A DNA stretch of 64,000 nt from an uncultured Armatimonadia bacterium (lineage in GTDB: Bacteria; Armatimonadota; Zipacnadia; CAVVLO01): contig CAVVLO010000004.1 of NCBI GenBank assembly GCA_963749155.1, positions 94,810 through 158,809 on the forward strand, written 5' to 3'. The stretch's first letter is position 1, and the number at the start of each line of letters is the position of its first letter. Both the position numbers and the translations under genes were made by a program. Under the pieces are notes generated by a model that was not told the origin of the DNA, searched no databases, and saw only the letters and a program-made list of their open reading frames with translations. This document shows positions 9,422-20,242 of the stretch, piece after piece.

Positions 9422-11599
9422 ATGAAGACCACTCGCCTGATACTTTGGGTTGTCTTTCTCCTGGTGGGCTTGCTCACCGGTTATGCCCTCGCCTGGAACC
9501 ACACCGATACCCACAGGCTCATCAATAAAGCCGTCTGGGACTTCTATATCGCCAACGTGCAGAAAGGCAGCTCTGAGACCGCCTCACTGCAGAACTACGA
9601 ATTTGGCCTGCAGAAGGTGCTGGTAGGTCAGACGGTCATCGGTATGGGCGACTGGCCTGGTGATATCGAGGTCGGTAACAAGACTCTCTCTCCCTCGCAG
9701 TGGCTTGAAGAAGGCGGTTACACGGCCGATGAACCAGAGAAGTTTATGTGCCTGCGGCACTTCTTCGATCCCTTCAACAAGACCGAACCCTGGCTTACCG
9801 ACCTGCCTCAGATCGCCCAGGATTACTTTTGCTTCAAAAAGAAGATAAGCGGCAGGACTGATATACCGAGTGAAAATCCTCGCATAGATGCCAGATACTG
9901 GGCACTCGATGGCAGGCCGACGTCGCTTTCGGTCGAGAATGATTACTCGCTGCTAAAAGGCATCGAGTATATGAAAGCGGCCTTTGAGAGCGACGCGCCC
10001 CAGAAGGATTATATGGCAGCCTCGGCCTGGCGCGCTTTCGGCGAGACGATGCACCTGTTGGCCGATATGTGCGAGCCTGCCCACGTACGCAACGACGCCC
10101 ATCCCGCCATCACCGGAGCGGGCGAACTGAGGGGCGACCCTGTAGAGGACTTCACCCTTGGGCCCGAGGTGCAGGCTATTTTGAAGGCCTTGCCTCGCTC
10201 GGGCGGGTGGAACGAAGTCAAGCTGGTCGATGCCGTGGACAACTACGTCGAGGACTCGATAAACGGTAGTGGAGATCCCTTCAACCTCTTCTTCAATGTA
10301 GCCGGTTGGACCGCGCGCAACTTCTTCTCTGCTGATACGGTGTCCGGCGCCGAGAAACGCACTGGTACAGCGGTACATAACGCAAATGGCAAGCCTGATT
10401 ATGCTTCGCCCAAACTCGACCAGATGGGCTTCGAGGAGTTGTTCGGGCTTTATACCGGCAACCTGAACTCGCGCCGGGTGGTAATGCTACGCGAAACAGT
10501 GATGAGCCATCGGGGCTGGGGCGCCTGGCTAAAAGGCAAACTGGGGGGCGCTATCGGCAAGGAGTATGGCTACGTAACAAGCAAGGAAGCGGCCCTGGAC
10601 CAGGCAGCCCTGCTTATCCCAACCGCCATCTACGCCAATATGAGGCTACTGGACTGGATGATCCCTCGCGTCGAAGTAAAACTGACCAGTTACGATGCAA
10701 AAACCGGCCAGGTGGCTGGCCAGGTAATCCACACGCCTGGGGGCATCTACCAGTCAGCGATGAGCTTCACCAAAGGCCCAGCAACCGAGTGCACCTTGTA
10801 TCTGGATGGCGCAGAGCAGGTGAAGGGCAGCTATACTTTCACCATCCAGAAGGGCCAGCTTGCCGCCGACATCAGCAAGCTGAAGCCTAATCCCGCAAGC
10901 AAGGTAAAACTGACGCTCGAGGTGGCTGGGCTGTATGTGAAGTCAAATGAGATCGCAAGTAAAGCTGGCGGGGTGCAGGTGACTTCACTCTCACCCTGGC
11001 ATATACCCGATGCCTACCATGACACCTTGAAGGTCAGTGGCACAGGCTTCAAGCCAGGGGGGACAAAGACCTGGGTGCTCTTCCCCGGCTCTACGCCAAC
11101 TGAAGCCATCAATTACACGGACACCGAGATAAATGTCATCTGGGTGCCCGCCGATGCCATGACAGGGATGCTGAAGGTGAACGTCGGAGGCACGCTGCAG
11201 GGCAATCAGGTGGTCGGCGGAATAACGAGTAACGAAGTGCAGTTTGTGCGCAATTTTGGCCTGAGGATGCTCGAGCTGGAATATCCCAATCCCGATGGCA
11301 CAGGCTGCAAGGCGCTGCTGCATGGCGACAATTACGGCGACAAGCAGGGGCCGCTCCAGGTGTATATCAACGGCACGCTAGTAGCGCCGACGGCGTGGAG
11401 CTCACAGCTCATCACTGTCACCATCCCTGGCAACCTGCTTCCGCTGCCCTTCGACCAGGACTATTACAATCCGGCCAACACGTTCAAGGCCCAGGTGAAA
11501 GGCTATGGGCTGGCGACGGACATCGAAGAGGCACTGTTCTGGCCGCCGAAGTATGGCAGGGCGCCTATAGTAGACAGGCCTCAGCAACCTGAGGAATAG
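9422..11599 (+). CDS. Secreted Zn-dependent phospholipase C / S1-P1 nuclease-fold protein with IPT/TIG-like domains
   Basis: Mature N-terminus ALA|WNHTDTH, then HFFDP and GETMHLLADMCEPAH; C-terminal VTSLSP..VSGTGF and WSSQLITVTIP. Confidence 0.6.
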   Translation: MKTTRLILWVVFLLVGLLTGYALAWNHTDTHRLINKAVWDFYIANVQKGSSETASLQNYEFGLQKVLVGQTVIGMGDWPGDIEVGNKTLSPSQWLEEGGYTADEPEKFMCLRHFFDPFNKTEPWLTDLPQIAQDYFCFKKKISGRTDIPSENPRIDARYWALDGRPTSLSVENDYSLLKGIEYMKAAFESDAPQKDYMAASAWRAFGETMHLLADMCEPAHVRNDAHPAITGAGELRGDPVEDFTLGPEVQAILKALPRSGGWNEVKLVDAVDNYVEDSINGSGDPFNLFFNVAGWTARNFFSADTVSGAEKRTGTAVHNANGKPDYASPKLDQMGFEELFGLYTGNLNSRRVVMLRETVMSHRGWGAWLKGKLGGAIGKEYGYVTSKEAALDQAALLIPTAIYANMRLLDWMIPRVEVKLTSYDAKTGQVAGQVIHTPGGIYQSAMSFTKGPATECTLYLDGAEQVKGSYTFTIQKGQLAADISKLKPNPASKVKLTLEVAGLYVKSNEIASKAGGVQVTSLSPWHIPDAYHDTLKVSGTGFKPGGTKTWVLFPGSTPTEAINYTDTEINVIWVPADAMTGMLKVNVGGTLQGNQVVGGITSNEVQFVRNFGLRMLELEYPNPDGTGCKALLHGDNYGDKQGPLQVYINGTLVAPTAWSSQLITVTIPGNLLPLPFDQDYYNPANTFKAQVKGYGLATDIEEALFWPPKYGRAPIVDRPQQPEE

Positions 11600-11611
11600 G
11601 CCAAATCGAAG

Positions 11612-12313
11612 TTAGTACCGGAGCCTGGCTGAGTTCGCCTTCAGCCAGGCTCTTGCTTTGGCAGGCGCAGGATGAAGCTGCTCGACCAGCGCCCAGAAGT
11701 CACGCTGGTGTCCACTTTTTGTCAGGTGAGCGACCTCGTGGGCGACGACATAGGCCAGGACCTCGGGCGGAGCCATCACAAGTCGCCAGTTGAAGCCGAG
11801 GTTACCAAGGGAACTGCAGGTGCCCCAGCGACTTTTCGTGTCGCGCAGGAAGAGCCGGTTGTAAGAGAACTCGTAGCGCTGTTGCAGGTGGTCTAATGCG
11901 GCCAGCAGGGCTTTGCGGGCTTCGGCCTTGAGCCAGCCAGAGAGCGCTTTTCGGGCCTCTTCAGGGGTACCGGCAGGTGTCTTCACAACCAGTTCGCCTG
12001 GTCGCACGCGCACGGAGAGGCGCCCCTTACCCGCTTTCAACCTCAGTGTATGCGGCTCGCCCCGCAGCAGCAGTTCCGCGCCGTCGAAGAGCCGCTCTTT
12101 CCCCGCATTGAGCAGAAGGGGCAGATGGCGCGCAATCCACTGGCGATGGGCTTCCAGCAGCTTCAGGGCGTTCGAAGTCGCCTGACGGGCCGGCAGCACG
12201 ACCACCAGGCCCTCCGTCGGGCTTGCGAGGAGCCGGGCCCTGAGCGCGCGCTTGCTGCGCCGCACGGTGTAGGCAATCTCGTGACCTTCCAGCTCGAAGT
12301 CTGGCATCGTCAA
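11612..12313 (-). CDS. YgjP/DUF45 (SprT-like, M48) zinc metalloprotein
   Basis: VRRSKRA, KSRWGTCS, NWRLVMAP, YVVAHEVAHL and H..DFW motifs. Confidence 0.9.
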   Translation of the reverse strand: MTMPDFELEGHEIAYTVRRSKRALRARLLASPTEGLVVVLPARQATSNALKLLEAHRQWIARHLPLLLNAGKERLFDGAELLLRGEPHTLRLKAGKGRLSVRVRPGELVVKTPAGTPEEARKALSGWLKAEARKALLAALDHLQQRYEFSYNRLFLRDTKSRWGTCSSLGNLGFNWRLVMAPPEVLAYVVAHEVAHLTKSGHQRDFWALVEQLHPAPAKARAWLKANSARLRY

Positions 12314-14121
12314 TCCAGCACGCGTAACTCGAAGACCGAGTAGCCGTTGTCTGTGCCGCGCTCCAGGCAGTTTAGCCGAAGATACCGGCCATATCCTTCC
12401 AGTTGCTCGAGGCGCTCTTCGTCTCCCTTACCGCTAGTGGTCGAGTACAGGGATCTCCAGTCCTTCCCATCATCTGATACCAGCAACTCGTAGGACTTGG
12501 CCCAGGCTTCCCAGGTGATGAGGACGGTATTGATGGGCTGTGGAACGCCTAGATCAACCTGCACCCACTCGGGCTTGCCGTAGGGCTGTCCACTCGACCA
12601 GCGGGTGGTTACATCGCCATCGAAGGCTCGCCAGGCCTCATAGTCTGGGCTGTAGAGGGAGGAAGCGAGGGCGACCGGCTTGCCTTTCAGGGTCATCTGC
12701 CAGGCTTTGAGCTTAGCTGCCGGCAGTGTTTCAGGCGGCCCCAGCAAGCCAAGTCGTAGCTTCTCCGAACCACCCGCGCCGCGCAGGTGGTAGCACTCGA
12801 TGAGCTGGTCGTCGAGATAGAGTTCGACCATCCCGCGCCGAGTCAGCAGGCGAAAACCCGTTACAAGGCCAAAATCATACTCGCGGTCGACGGTCAGTAC
12901 CGGCTGCCAACTGCCACCGAAGGGATCCATCGTGCCGAACTCGGTCTTCCCATCACCATATACCTTGATGGCGTGACCGCCACGTCCCTCAGGCAGCAGA
13001 TAGAAGCCCGCCGGCGGATCCGAAGGTGTAGTTGGCAATTTTAACTGGCCCTCGAAGGCAAGGCCCTTCAGCCAGTCAAGTGGCTGGCTAACAAGGGTCA
13101 CTGCGCGGGTGCCATCATCAGCTTTCAATGGGAGTCGCTCGCCTTTGAGGGCGTCGTTACCGAGCCAATACTCCAGGCGGAGGGTACCTTTAGAGTCCAC
13201 GACCGCGCGCTTGAGAGGCGCGATGTGCCAGCCCCAGTCGGAGTTGGACTGATGGTTGACCAGCACTTCCCCATCCGGCTGCGGGAAGAACCGCGAGAAG
13301 TAGGTCTGGCCGGCGGCGAGGAGGCGAGCATTGGTCTCGGTACGCCTGTAAGGGCCAGGCACATCATCCGCAACATAGCTCCACATATTGCCATCCAGCC
13401 CGAACATCGCATGCAGCTTGCCCTCGTTGAAGCGTCGGAAAGCGCCCGATTCAAAGACACCAGGCGTGACCTCGGGAGCGGGCAGGGCAGTCCAGTGGAG
13501 GCCATCGTCCGAGTAGCCAAGGCCCACCGTGCCCTGATGGGGACTGTCAGGCAGCGAGGTAGCCGTCCAGGTGCCCCAGTAACCCTCTTTCTCCGAGCCA
13601 TCGGCAGCGCGAGGCAAGGGATAGATGCAATCCCACCTGCCCCACTTGTCGTAGAGCGTCTCTGCGATGGGAAACTGCAACTCGTCAGGAAACTTCGTCC
13701 AGTGGATCAGGTCCTTTGAAGAGGCGAACAGGATGGTCTGCCTGGACCGGCCAGTTTCAGGGTCTTTGCGCCACTCTGAATAGTTACAGAGGAAGGTGCC
13801 GGAGGTCTCGAAGTCAGCGGCTTTCCACACCGAACCAGTGCCGAGGAACTCGACCATCTCGGTAGAGGCTGCAATACACCAGCCGAGGTCTTTCCAGTGG
13901 ACGCCATCAGTCGAGGTGGCGACACCAAAACCTTCGCCACCACTATGTTCTGTGATGAGGTAGTAAAGGTAAAAGGTGCCTTGATATTCGTAGCACCAGT
14001 TATCCCACTGAGCTCTCACAACCTCTGACTTGAAGACCATTGCCTGTCCTCCAGCGGTTAGCAGCAGCCCAAGCAGAAGCCCCAGCACCAGTCTGCTCTG
14101 ATGGCGCATCCAGTACCTCAC
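12310..14121 (-). CDS. Five-bladed beta-propeller glycoside hydrolase (GH32/43-like) with C-terminal F5/8 type C (discoidin) domain
   Basis: WDNW, S.DG.HW repeats; C-terminal AFDGDVTTRWSS..WVQVDLG..GYSVFEL. Confidence 0.8.
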   Translation of the reverse strand: MRYWMRHQSRLVLGLLLGLLLTAGGQAMVFKSEVVRAQWDNWCYEYQGTFYLYYLITEHSGGEGFGVATSTDGVHWKDLGWCIAASTEMVEFLGTGSVWKAADFETSGTFLCNYSEWRKDPETGRSRQTILFASSKDLIHWTKFPDELQFPIAETLYDKWGRWDCIYPLPRAADGSEKEGYWGTWTATSLPDSPHQGTVGLGYSDDGLHWTALPAPEVTPGVFESGAFRRFNEGKLHAMFGLDGNMWSYVADDVPGPYRRTETNARLLAAGQTYFSRFFPQPDGEVLVNHQSNSDWGWHIAPLKRAVVDSKGTLRLEYWLGNDALKGERLPLKADDGTRAVTLVSQPLDWLKGLAFEGQLKLPTTPSDPPAGFYLLPEGRGGHAIKVYGDGKTEFGTMDPFGGSWQPVLTVDREYDFGLVTGFRLLTRRGMVELYLDDQLIECYHLRGAGGSEKLRLGLLGPPETLPAAKLKAWQMTLKGKPVALASSLYSPDYEAWRAFDGDVTTRWSSGQPYGKPEWVQVDLGVPQPINTVLITWEAWAKSYELLVSDDGKDWRSLYSTTSGKGDEERLEQLEGYGRYLRLNCLERGTDNGYSVFELRVLD

Positions 14122-14138
14122 TCGGTAGTCGCTTGTCC

Positions 14139-16346
14139 TTACTTCTTGATCTCGAGCGTTGTAGGCTCGGAGACGAGTCCATCGGCGTTTTCAGCGACTG
14201 CAGTGAACTTGTAGTAGATATTCTTCACTGGCAAGAGGGAAGCTACCCGAAGGTTGATCTCCTCGGTCACGAAATAGCCACTCTCATCCGCCGTGACATG
14301 AACCTCGGCCAGTTGGCCATCCTGCTCGAGAATCGAGACGATACGGCCTCGCCAGGTGACGGTTACAGTGACTTCGGCAAGAGGCTGAGTAGTGCCCTCG
14401 ATGATGATTTTGCTGCCCAGTGTCATACCTTCAACTGGATTGATGAAGACAGGCTGCAGGTCGCCGCCCGGCACCAGTCGGACTGGCTCAGTAGCGACGG
14501 CAGTCAGGCTATCCCCTTCTGGCAGTTCCAGGGTGACTGTGACAGTAGTATCGAGAGGTTCAGTCAAATCGGGCACCAGCCAGGTGCCGATATAGGTGCC
14601 TGGACTTTCGGACAGCTCGGTCATCGGCTCTAGAACGCCACCCTCGCCGAGGGTAAAGGTCGCAATGCCCCCAGCAGGCCCTGTTGCGGTCACCTGGAGC
14701 GTGCGGCCCGAGGCAAGTGCCACCCCAAGAGCGTTGTGGGTTACGGCAAGCTCGGCGGCTGCGGGGGTATCCGGCGCGTCACCGACAGTAAACGTCCAGT
14801 TGTACTGGGTCAGGTTGCCTGCCAGATCTCGCGCGGAAGCGCTCACATGGATATCGCCCGTTGGGAGTGGCTCAGGCAAGATGGTGATTAGCGTGCCCTG
14901 GCGTTCGATTGCAGCGGGTAGAAGGATGTCTTCCTGACTTATATCCACGGTTACCGAGTCATAATCGACGCCCGAGCCCCCTTCGTCAGCCAGTCTCAGT
15001 GCCAGCAAGGGCGAAGGATTGGTGGTACGGTCGCCCTGGGTCAACCCATACGGAGTGAGGACAGGCGCAACGGTGTCGATGGTCACGGGCAACTCGGCCT
15101 GAGCTGGTTCAGCCAACGAGTCACCAACTCTGAGATGTCCGACTAGCGGCACCCCAGAGACATCCATCCCCGCTGCGATAGTCAGTTGCCCGCTATAACG
15201 GCCTGGACGCTGACGCGACTCGTTCATCGGGACATTAACTCTGAGCTCGCCCAAGTCATAGGTGGCAGTGCCGGCTGGAGTTCCTTCCAGTGTAACGAGA
15301 AGCACATCGCCAGCCTTCAGGGGCGTATCGGCATTATGGTAGAACTGCTCGATTACGGCTTCGACCACGGAAGGCGTGTCCGGAGTAGGCGTGGTGGGGG
15401 TAGTCGGAGCCGCAGCGGCCAGGGTGATGCCCCAGACCTGGACCGTGCCTGGCGTCATCCGCACTGACACCTGCTGACCGACCTTCACATCAGCATAAGT
15501 GAGGGTTGTGCCAGCCTCATCCTTAACGACTACCTCGGGTTGCACCTGGAGTATGTCCGAGCGAGAATCCAGCATCAACTGGTTGGGCACCTTGGCGACC
15601 ACCTTGCCTGTGACAGCCTCGTAGGTCGCGCGGATGAGGGTAGCGATATTGCCACCAGAGAAATGAACCTCTGCCTGGTCGCCTGCGGCAAGCACTGTCG
15701 GGTTTACGACCTGGGCGCCCTGACGCAAGAGGATGGTCGTGGGGGTGATCCCAAAGAGCCGCAGTTCTCCATCAAGAGTCAGGGCGATGCGATCAGCCAG
15801 CGCCGAGGCGACAATCCCTGTTACTGTGCCGCTATCAGGCACCGCCGGCGTGGTTGGCGTGGTTGGAGTGGTTGGAGTTGTTGGAATCACAGGATCGGTT
15901 GGGATGATCGGGATAACAGGCGTCTCATCCAGCGGCGGCAGAGTTACTTCCGCGACCTGAGTAGCGGGATTCCACTTAACTTCGGCGCCAAAAGCCTCGG
16001 CTGGGAAGCGCAGGGGCACATAGGTCGTGCCGCGCAGGAGCTGGGGCGGTACGTCAAGGCCAGTCGCTCGCCCGTTGATATAGGCGATGGGATTACCGAT
16101 GCTCATCTGCACCTCGACATCGCCGCGCACTCCAACGGCGGTGCGAGTTATGGCATCCCAGGTCACCGTGGCGCCAAGTGACTCGAAGACCAGGCGCATT
16201 GGCAGCAAGGTCCGGCCGCTCATTGAGACAGCGGGGGGACTTGATGGCAACTGCTGACCGTTGACGATGACGGTTATTGCGAAGCAGGCAGGAGCGAATA
16301 CGAGGAGCAGCAGGAGCGTCAGGCCAAGTCGGGTGGTAGTCTTCAT
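14139..16346 (-). CDS. Copper amine oxidase N-terminal (stalk) domain surface protein with Ig-like domains
   Basis: GRTLLPMRLVFESLGATVTWD and TYVPLRFPAEAFGAEVKWN; PTT linker; SD GGGAGG. Confidence 0.85.
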   Translation of the reverse strand: MKTTTRLGLTLLLLLVFAPACFAITVIVNGQQLPSSPPAVSMSGRTLLPMRLVFESLGATVTWDAITRTAVGVRGDVEVQMSIGNPIAYINGRATGLDVPPQLLRGTTYVPLRFPAEAFGAEVKWNPATQVAEVTLPPLDETPVIPIIPTDPVIPTTPTTPTTPTTPAVPDSGTVTGIVASALADRIALTLDGELRLFGITPTTILLRQGAQVVNPTVLAAGDQAEVHFSGGNIATLIRATYEAVTGKVVAKVPNQLMLDSRSDILQVQPEVVVKDEAGTTLTYADVKVGQQVSVRMTPGTVQVWGITLAAAAPTTPTTPTPDTPSVVEAVIEQFYHNADTPLKAGDVLLVTLEGTPAGTATYDLGELRVNVPMNESRQRPGRYSGQLTIAAGMDVSGVPLVGHLRVGDSLAEPAQAELPVTIDTVAPVLTPYGLTQGDRTTNPSPLLALRLADEGGSGVDYDSVTVDISQEDILLPAAIERQGTLITILPEPLPTGDIHVSASARDLAGNLTQYNWTFTVGDAPDTPAAAELAVTHNALGVALASGRTLQVTATGPAGGIATFTLGEGGVLEPMTELSESPGTYIGTWLVPDLTEPLDTTVTVTLELPEGDSLTAVATEPVRLVPGGDLQPVFINPVEGMTLGSKIIIEGTTQPLAEVTVTVTWRGRIVSILEQDGQLAEVHVTADESGYFVTEEINLRVASLLPVKNIYYKFTAVAENADGLVSEPTTLEIKK

Positions 16347-16478
16347 AGTAAATTCCTCCCTCGGTGGGTTACGTCTACCATTGTACCCCTTCGAGTGGAT
16401 TTTCACCTCTCCTGCCTTGTGAAGAATCCAGGGGGAAAGTAGACTGCCTCACATAAGAGATTTGTGGGGTGCAAGGTG

Positions 16479-18215
16479 ATGAGCGAACATGACCGACTGG
16501 CCTGGTGGCGGGCGGCCCGATTCGGGATGATAATCCACTGGGGCCTGTATGCCCTGCCGGCTGGCGAGTGGAAGGGTCAACAGATGGAGTATATAGGCGA
16601 GTGGCTGCAGAGTCGCTTCCGCATCCCTGGCGCCGAATATTCCACGCTGGCTGAACGCTTCAACCCTCAGGGTTTCGATGCCGACGAATGGGTCAGGCTC
16701 GCGGCGCGGGCGGGGATGCGCTATATCATATTTACCGCAAAGCACCATGAAGGCTTTGCGATGTATCACTCCAGGGTGAGCGACTTCAATATCGTGGACG
16801 CCACGCCCTTCGGGCGAGATCCGGCGGCTGAGCTTGCTGAAGCCTGCGCCAGGTATGGCGTGAAGCTTTGTTTCTACTATTCGCAAGACCTCGACTGGCA
16901 TGAGGCCGATGGTGGGGGAACCGCGCCCGGCCTGTCCTCCAACTTCGGTATGAGCTGGGGCAACGACTGGGATTTCCCCGACCACGACGCGAAGGACTTC
17001 TCGCGCTTCTTCGAAGGGAAGGTGAAGCCGCAGGTCACTGAATTGCTGACCCAGTATGGGCCAATTGGGGCGCTGTGGTTCGATTGTCCAATGACCCTCT
17101 CGCACGCCCAGAGTGAGGAGCTATACGCGCTGGCGCGCTCGCTGCAGCCCGACTGCGTGATGAATAGCCGCCTCGGGAATGGCCTGGGCGATTATCAGAG
17201 CCTGGGCGACAACCTCATCCCCGCCGCGCCACTCGCCGGTGACTGGGAGGTCGTCGCGACCCTCAACGACACCTGGGGTTACAAGCGCAACGACATCAAC
17301 TGGAAGACTTCTCGGCAGGTGCTGGAGCTGCTGACCGGCCTTGCGGGTAAGGGCGTGAATTATGCCCTCAATGTCGGGCCGGATGAACTGGGACGCTTCC
17401 CTGAGGGGACAGTGCGCGTGCTGGAGGAGCTTGGCGAGTGGATGGACACGAACGCCGAGGCCATCCACGACACCGAGGCCACACCCTGGCCGCACGATTT
17501 GCCCACGGGCCCTGTCACCCGCGCGCCGAAGCGGCTCTACCTGCATCTGCACAACTGGCCTGAGAAGGAGCTCTCACTCGTTGGATTGTCTACGCCAGTC
17601 AAGAGCGCGCAGTTGCTGGGGCAGCCAGACCAGCCGCTTCAGGTAGAGCAAAATCCTGCCGAAGGTTGGCAGCCCCCTCGCATACGCATCGACCTGCCGG
17701 TGCTTGCCCCCAAGGGGGAGTTACCTGTCGTAAGGCTTGACCTGTCAGACGAGGCAGAAGTCGAGCCCGGCTTGCTGCAGCAGGCGGATGGGTCGCTCTA
17801 CCTGCCCGCGACCAGCGCCGACACTACTCTCGCGCGCTCTCCCCTCGGCACGGTGGAAGGCTGGCATACGCCGGAGGGCGAGTTGGTCTGGTATTTCCGC
17901 GTCCATCAGCCTGGGAGCTTCGAGGTCAGGTTGCTGACCAGCGCGCTTTGGCACAGCGCCCCCTGGGAGGGCGGCCATCTGGTGCAGCTCGAGGTCGCGG
18001 GGCAGCGGCTGACGGCGCGCCTCGAGGCCGATGAAGTTATCGAGAACGCTGCTACGAGTTGCTATGCCCTGGCGGCTTCTAGCTGCGGAAGGCTGAACTT
18101 GCCAGAGGCTGGCGAATATGAACTGCGGCTTACAGCACTCGAGGTAGCGCCGACCACGGCGGGGCTTGCCCTTATGGCGGCCCAGTTGCTGCCAGTCAAG
18201 GAGGATGCCCAGTGA
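16479..18215 (+). CDS. Alpha-L-fucosidase (GH29)
   Basis: ARFGMIIHWGLY, TAKHHEGF, LWFD, TLNDTWGY and LNVGP motifs. Confidence 0.92.
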   Translation: MSEHDRLAWWRAARFGMIIHWGLYALPAGEWKGQQMEYIGEWLQSRFRIPGAEYSTLAERFNPQGFDADEWVRLAARAGMRYIIFTAKHHEGFAMYHSRVSDFNIVDATPFGRDPAAELAEACARYGVKLCFYYSQDLDWHEADGGGTAPGLSSNFGMSWGNDWDFPDHDAKDFSRFFEGKVKPQVTELLTQYGPIGALWFDCPMTLSHAQSEELYALARSLQPDCVMNSRLGNGLGDYQSLGDNLIPAAPLAGDWEVVATLNDTWGYKRNDINWKTSRQVLELLTGLAGKGVNYALNVGPDELGRFPEGTVRVLEELGEWMDTNAEAIHDTEATPWPHDLPTGPVTRAPKRLYLHLHNWPEKELSLVGLSTPVKSAQLLGQPDQPLQVEQNPAEGWQPPRIRIDLPVLAPKGELPVVRLDLSDEAEVEPGLLQQADGSLYLPATSADTTLARSPLGTVEGWHTPEGELVWYFRVHQPGSFEVRLLTSALWHSAPWEGGHLVQLEVAGQRLTARLEADEVIENAATSCYALAASSCGRLNLPEAGEYELRLTALEVAPTTAGLALMAAQLLPVKEDAQ

Positions 18216-20242
18216 ATCTGCTTCAATTAATGCTCATCATACTTGGGATTGGCCTGATTTCGACTGCCACCTTTGCTGCGCGAACCTATACCTTCGATGG
18301 GCCGCCTTCGCAGGAGGTCATCGAGAATTACCTTTCGCGCTCGATGGAGTACCTGGGCCTGTGCTGTGAGAGCGACTCAGGGCCTGCGCCGCACTTCGAG
18401 GACAATGTCCGCCTCATCCTGAACACAGGCAGCAAGTTCATCGGGCGCGCGGCCTACGCCTGGGACTGCCCCAAGGATGATGAAAAGCATTTCGCGGTGG
18501 CCGCCGAGAACGCCCGCAGGCTGCATGAGCTGGATCCGGAGCTGGTGCTGCAGGCCTGCGTCTTCGAGACGACTTACTCGCGCGCGGCCCGAGGGCCAAA
18601 TGGTTATGGCGTGGAGGACATCCCCATCCCCGCCTGGGTGTTCGAGGAGTTCGGCTTGCCTGTAGAGCAACGCAATTTCAGCTACGAGGGGATGCTCTTC
18701 CCCGATGGTCGGTCGCGCGATGTTTGGGGGCCAGGCGCCTCAGCGCCCGACATCACAAGGCTGGAGACCCAGTTATGGTTCTTCTATCGCGCGAAGCGTT
18801 ATATCGACGCAGGTTACGAGGCAATCCACTTCGGCCAGGCAGGCTGGATTGGCGTGGGCGACACCGACCACAGTGTTTGGGCTGGGTTGCTTGCGCGAGT
18901 CCGCCAGTATGCAGCCCAGCATGCGCGACGCCACTGGGTCTTCTGTGATGCCCATATCGCGACCGCGGGCATCAATCCGTGCGTGGAATACAACGGCGTG
19001 TTGCTCTGGGATCTGGTCGGCTTCCCGCTGAGGCCTGTGGAGGGCTTCGCAGCCTCTTTCGGCGACACTCGAAGTGGGCTGGCTGGACGCTCTTTACCAG
19101 CGCGTGCCGGGCGGACGCCATCCGGCAGGCTGGGAGTGCGAGGCGCTGCCCCAGTATTATGAACTGGACAACTGCCAGTCGGGACTCTCGGTGGGCGGTG
19201 GCATCTTCGTCTGGGGCGCGGACGAGTCCACCTGGTTCGCCAACCTCCCCGAGGCGGAACGCAACCGCTGGCTGGCCTATGCGTGGCAGTGGATCTGGGA
19301 CAACGCCCCTTCGGGGTATCTGGAGATGCCCGGGCGCAGGCCCGCCCAGACACCGGTGTGGGCGCCGACCAACTGGAGCTATATACTCAACACGCCGAGT
19401 GAAGCCTGCCCCGAGGGCTTTGGGCAGGAAGAGACCGTGAAGGCCCTCTGGGCTGACCCACGCTACGCCGACAACTCGACAAGGCCCAAACCGCCGCACT
19501 AACCAGCAGACACTTGCCTCCGAGCCCAAGCTGTTGCTGCACTGGGACCTCTCCAAGACCGAACCGACGGGCGACGGGGCACTGCTTATCCCCAACCAGG
19601 CCGGTGAAGGCTTCGAGGGCGAGTTGAAGGTGGACACCGTTGCGCGACTGACCGCCATCTATCAGTGTTTCGGCACCGGAGCCACCCCGGAGCAACGCGC
19701 TTCCGCCAAAGAATCCCTCGAAGAGGTCAGAAAGGCAACTGGGAGGCCTCTTTGAAGAGGGCACGAAAGGCGCAGCAGTGCGCTTCGATGGGAAGGCAAG
19801 GGCGGAGGCGCTACCCTCCTCCGAGCTTGCGCCTCCAGCCCTTTCGGTCGCCCTTTGGGTGAAGATTGAGAGCTTTGATTCGTCCCTCTTCCCGCTGGAC
19901 AAGTCGGTGTGGATGCAGTCGGGCTGGTACCTCAAGTATCACCAGCCGGCCGATGAGTTCTACGCCGAGGTGTTCGATGGAGGCTCGGAGCGTCGGGTAG
20001 CCCACTTCACTGGTGTGAAGCCAGGCGTCTGGACACATCTGGCCTTCGTAGCCGATGGCACCAGCCTGTCGGCTTATGTTGATGGCGCGTTGACCGAACG
20101 CGTGCCGGCAGGGCCGGTCGTCACCAACGGCCTGCCACTGATTGTCGGCAAGAACTGCCCAGGCGTCAGTCTGCGCGACCTGCGCCTCTGGACGGGAGCG
20201 CTCTCCCCCGCCCAGGTGACCGAACTGGCTTCGGAGGGCTAA
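18212..20242 (+). CDS. Secreted putative glycoside hydrolase with C-terminal LamG domain; broken by three apparent indels
   Basis: ORFs 18212-19162, 19074-19502, 19534-19755 and 19778-20242 join by single frame changes (for example GGLFEEGTKGAAVRFDG); LamG motif WTHLAFV..YVDG. Confidence 0.6.

Noticed and set aside
15845..15925. Short tandem nucleotide repeats
   Set aside because: They encode the PTT/PVIP linker of the stalk-domain protein
18212..20242. Multiple frameshifts as programmed frameshifting or phase variation (also at ~19, ~30570, ~33760 and ~63155)
   Set aside because: They are scattered single-base indels in unrelated genes without slippery sites or long repeats; long-read consensus error is the simpler explanation
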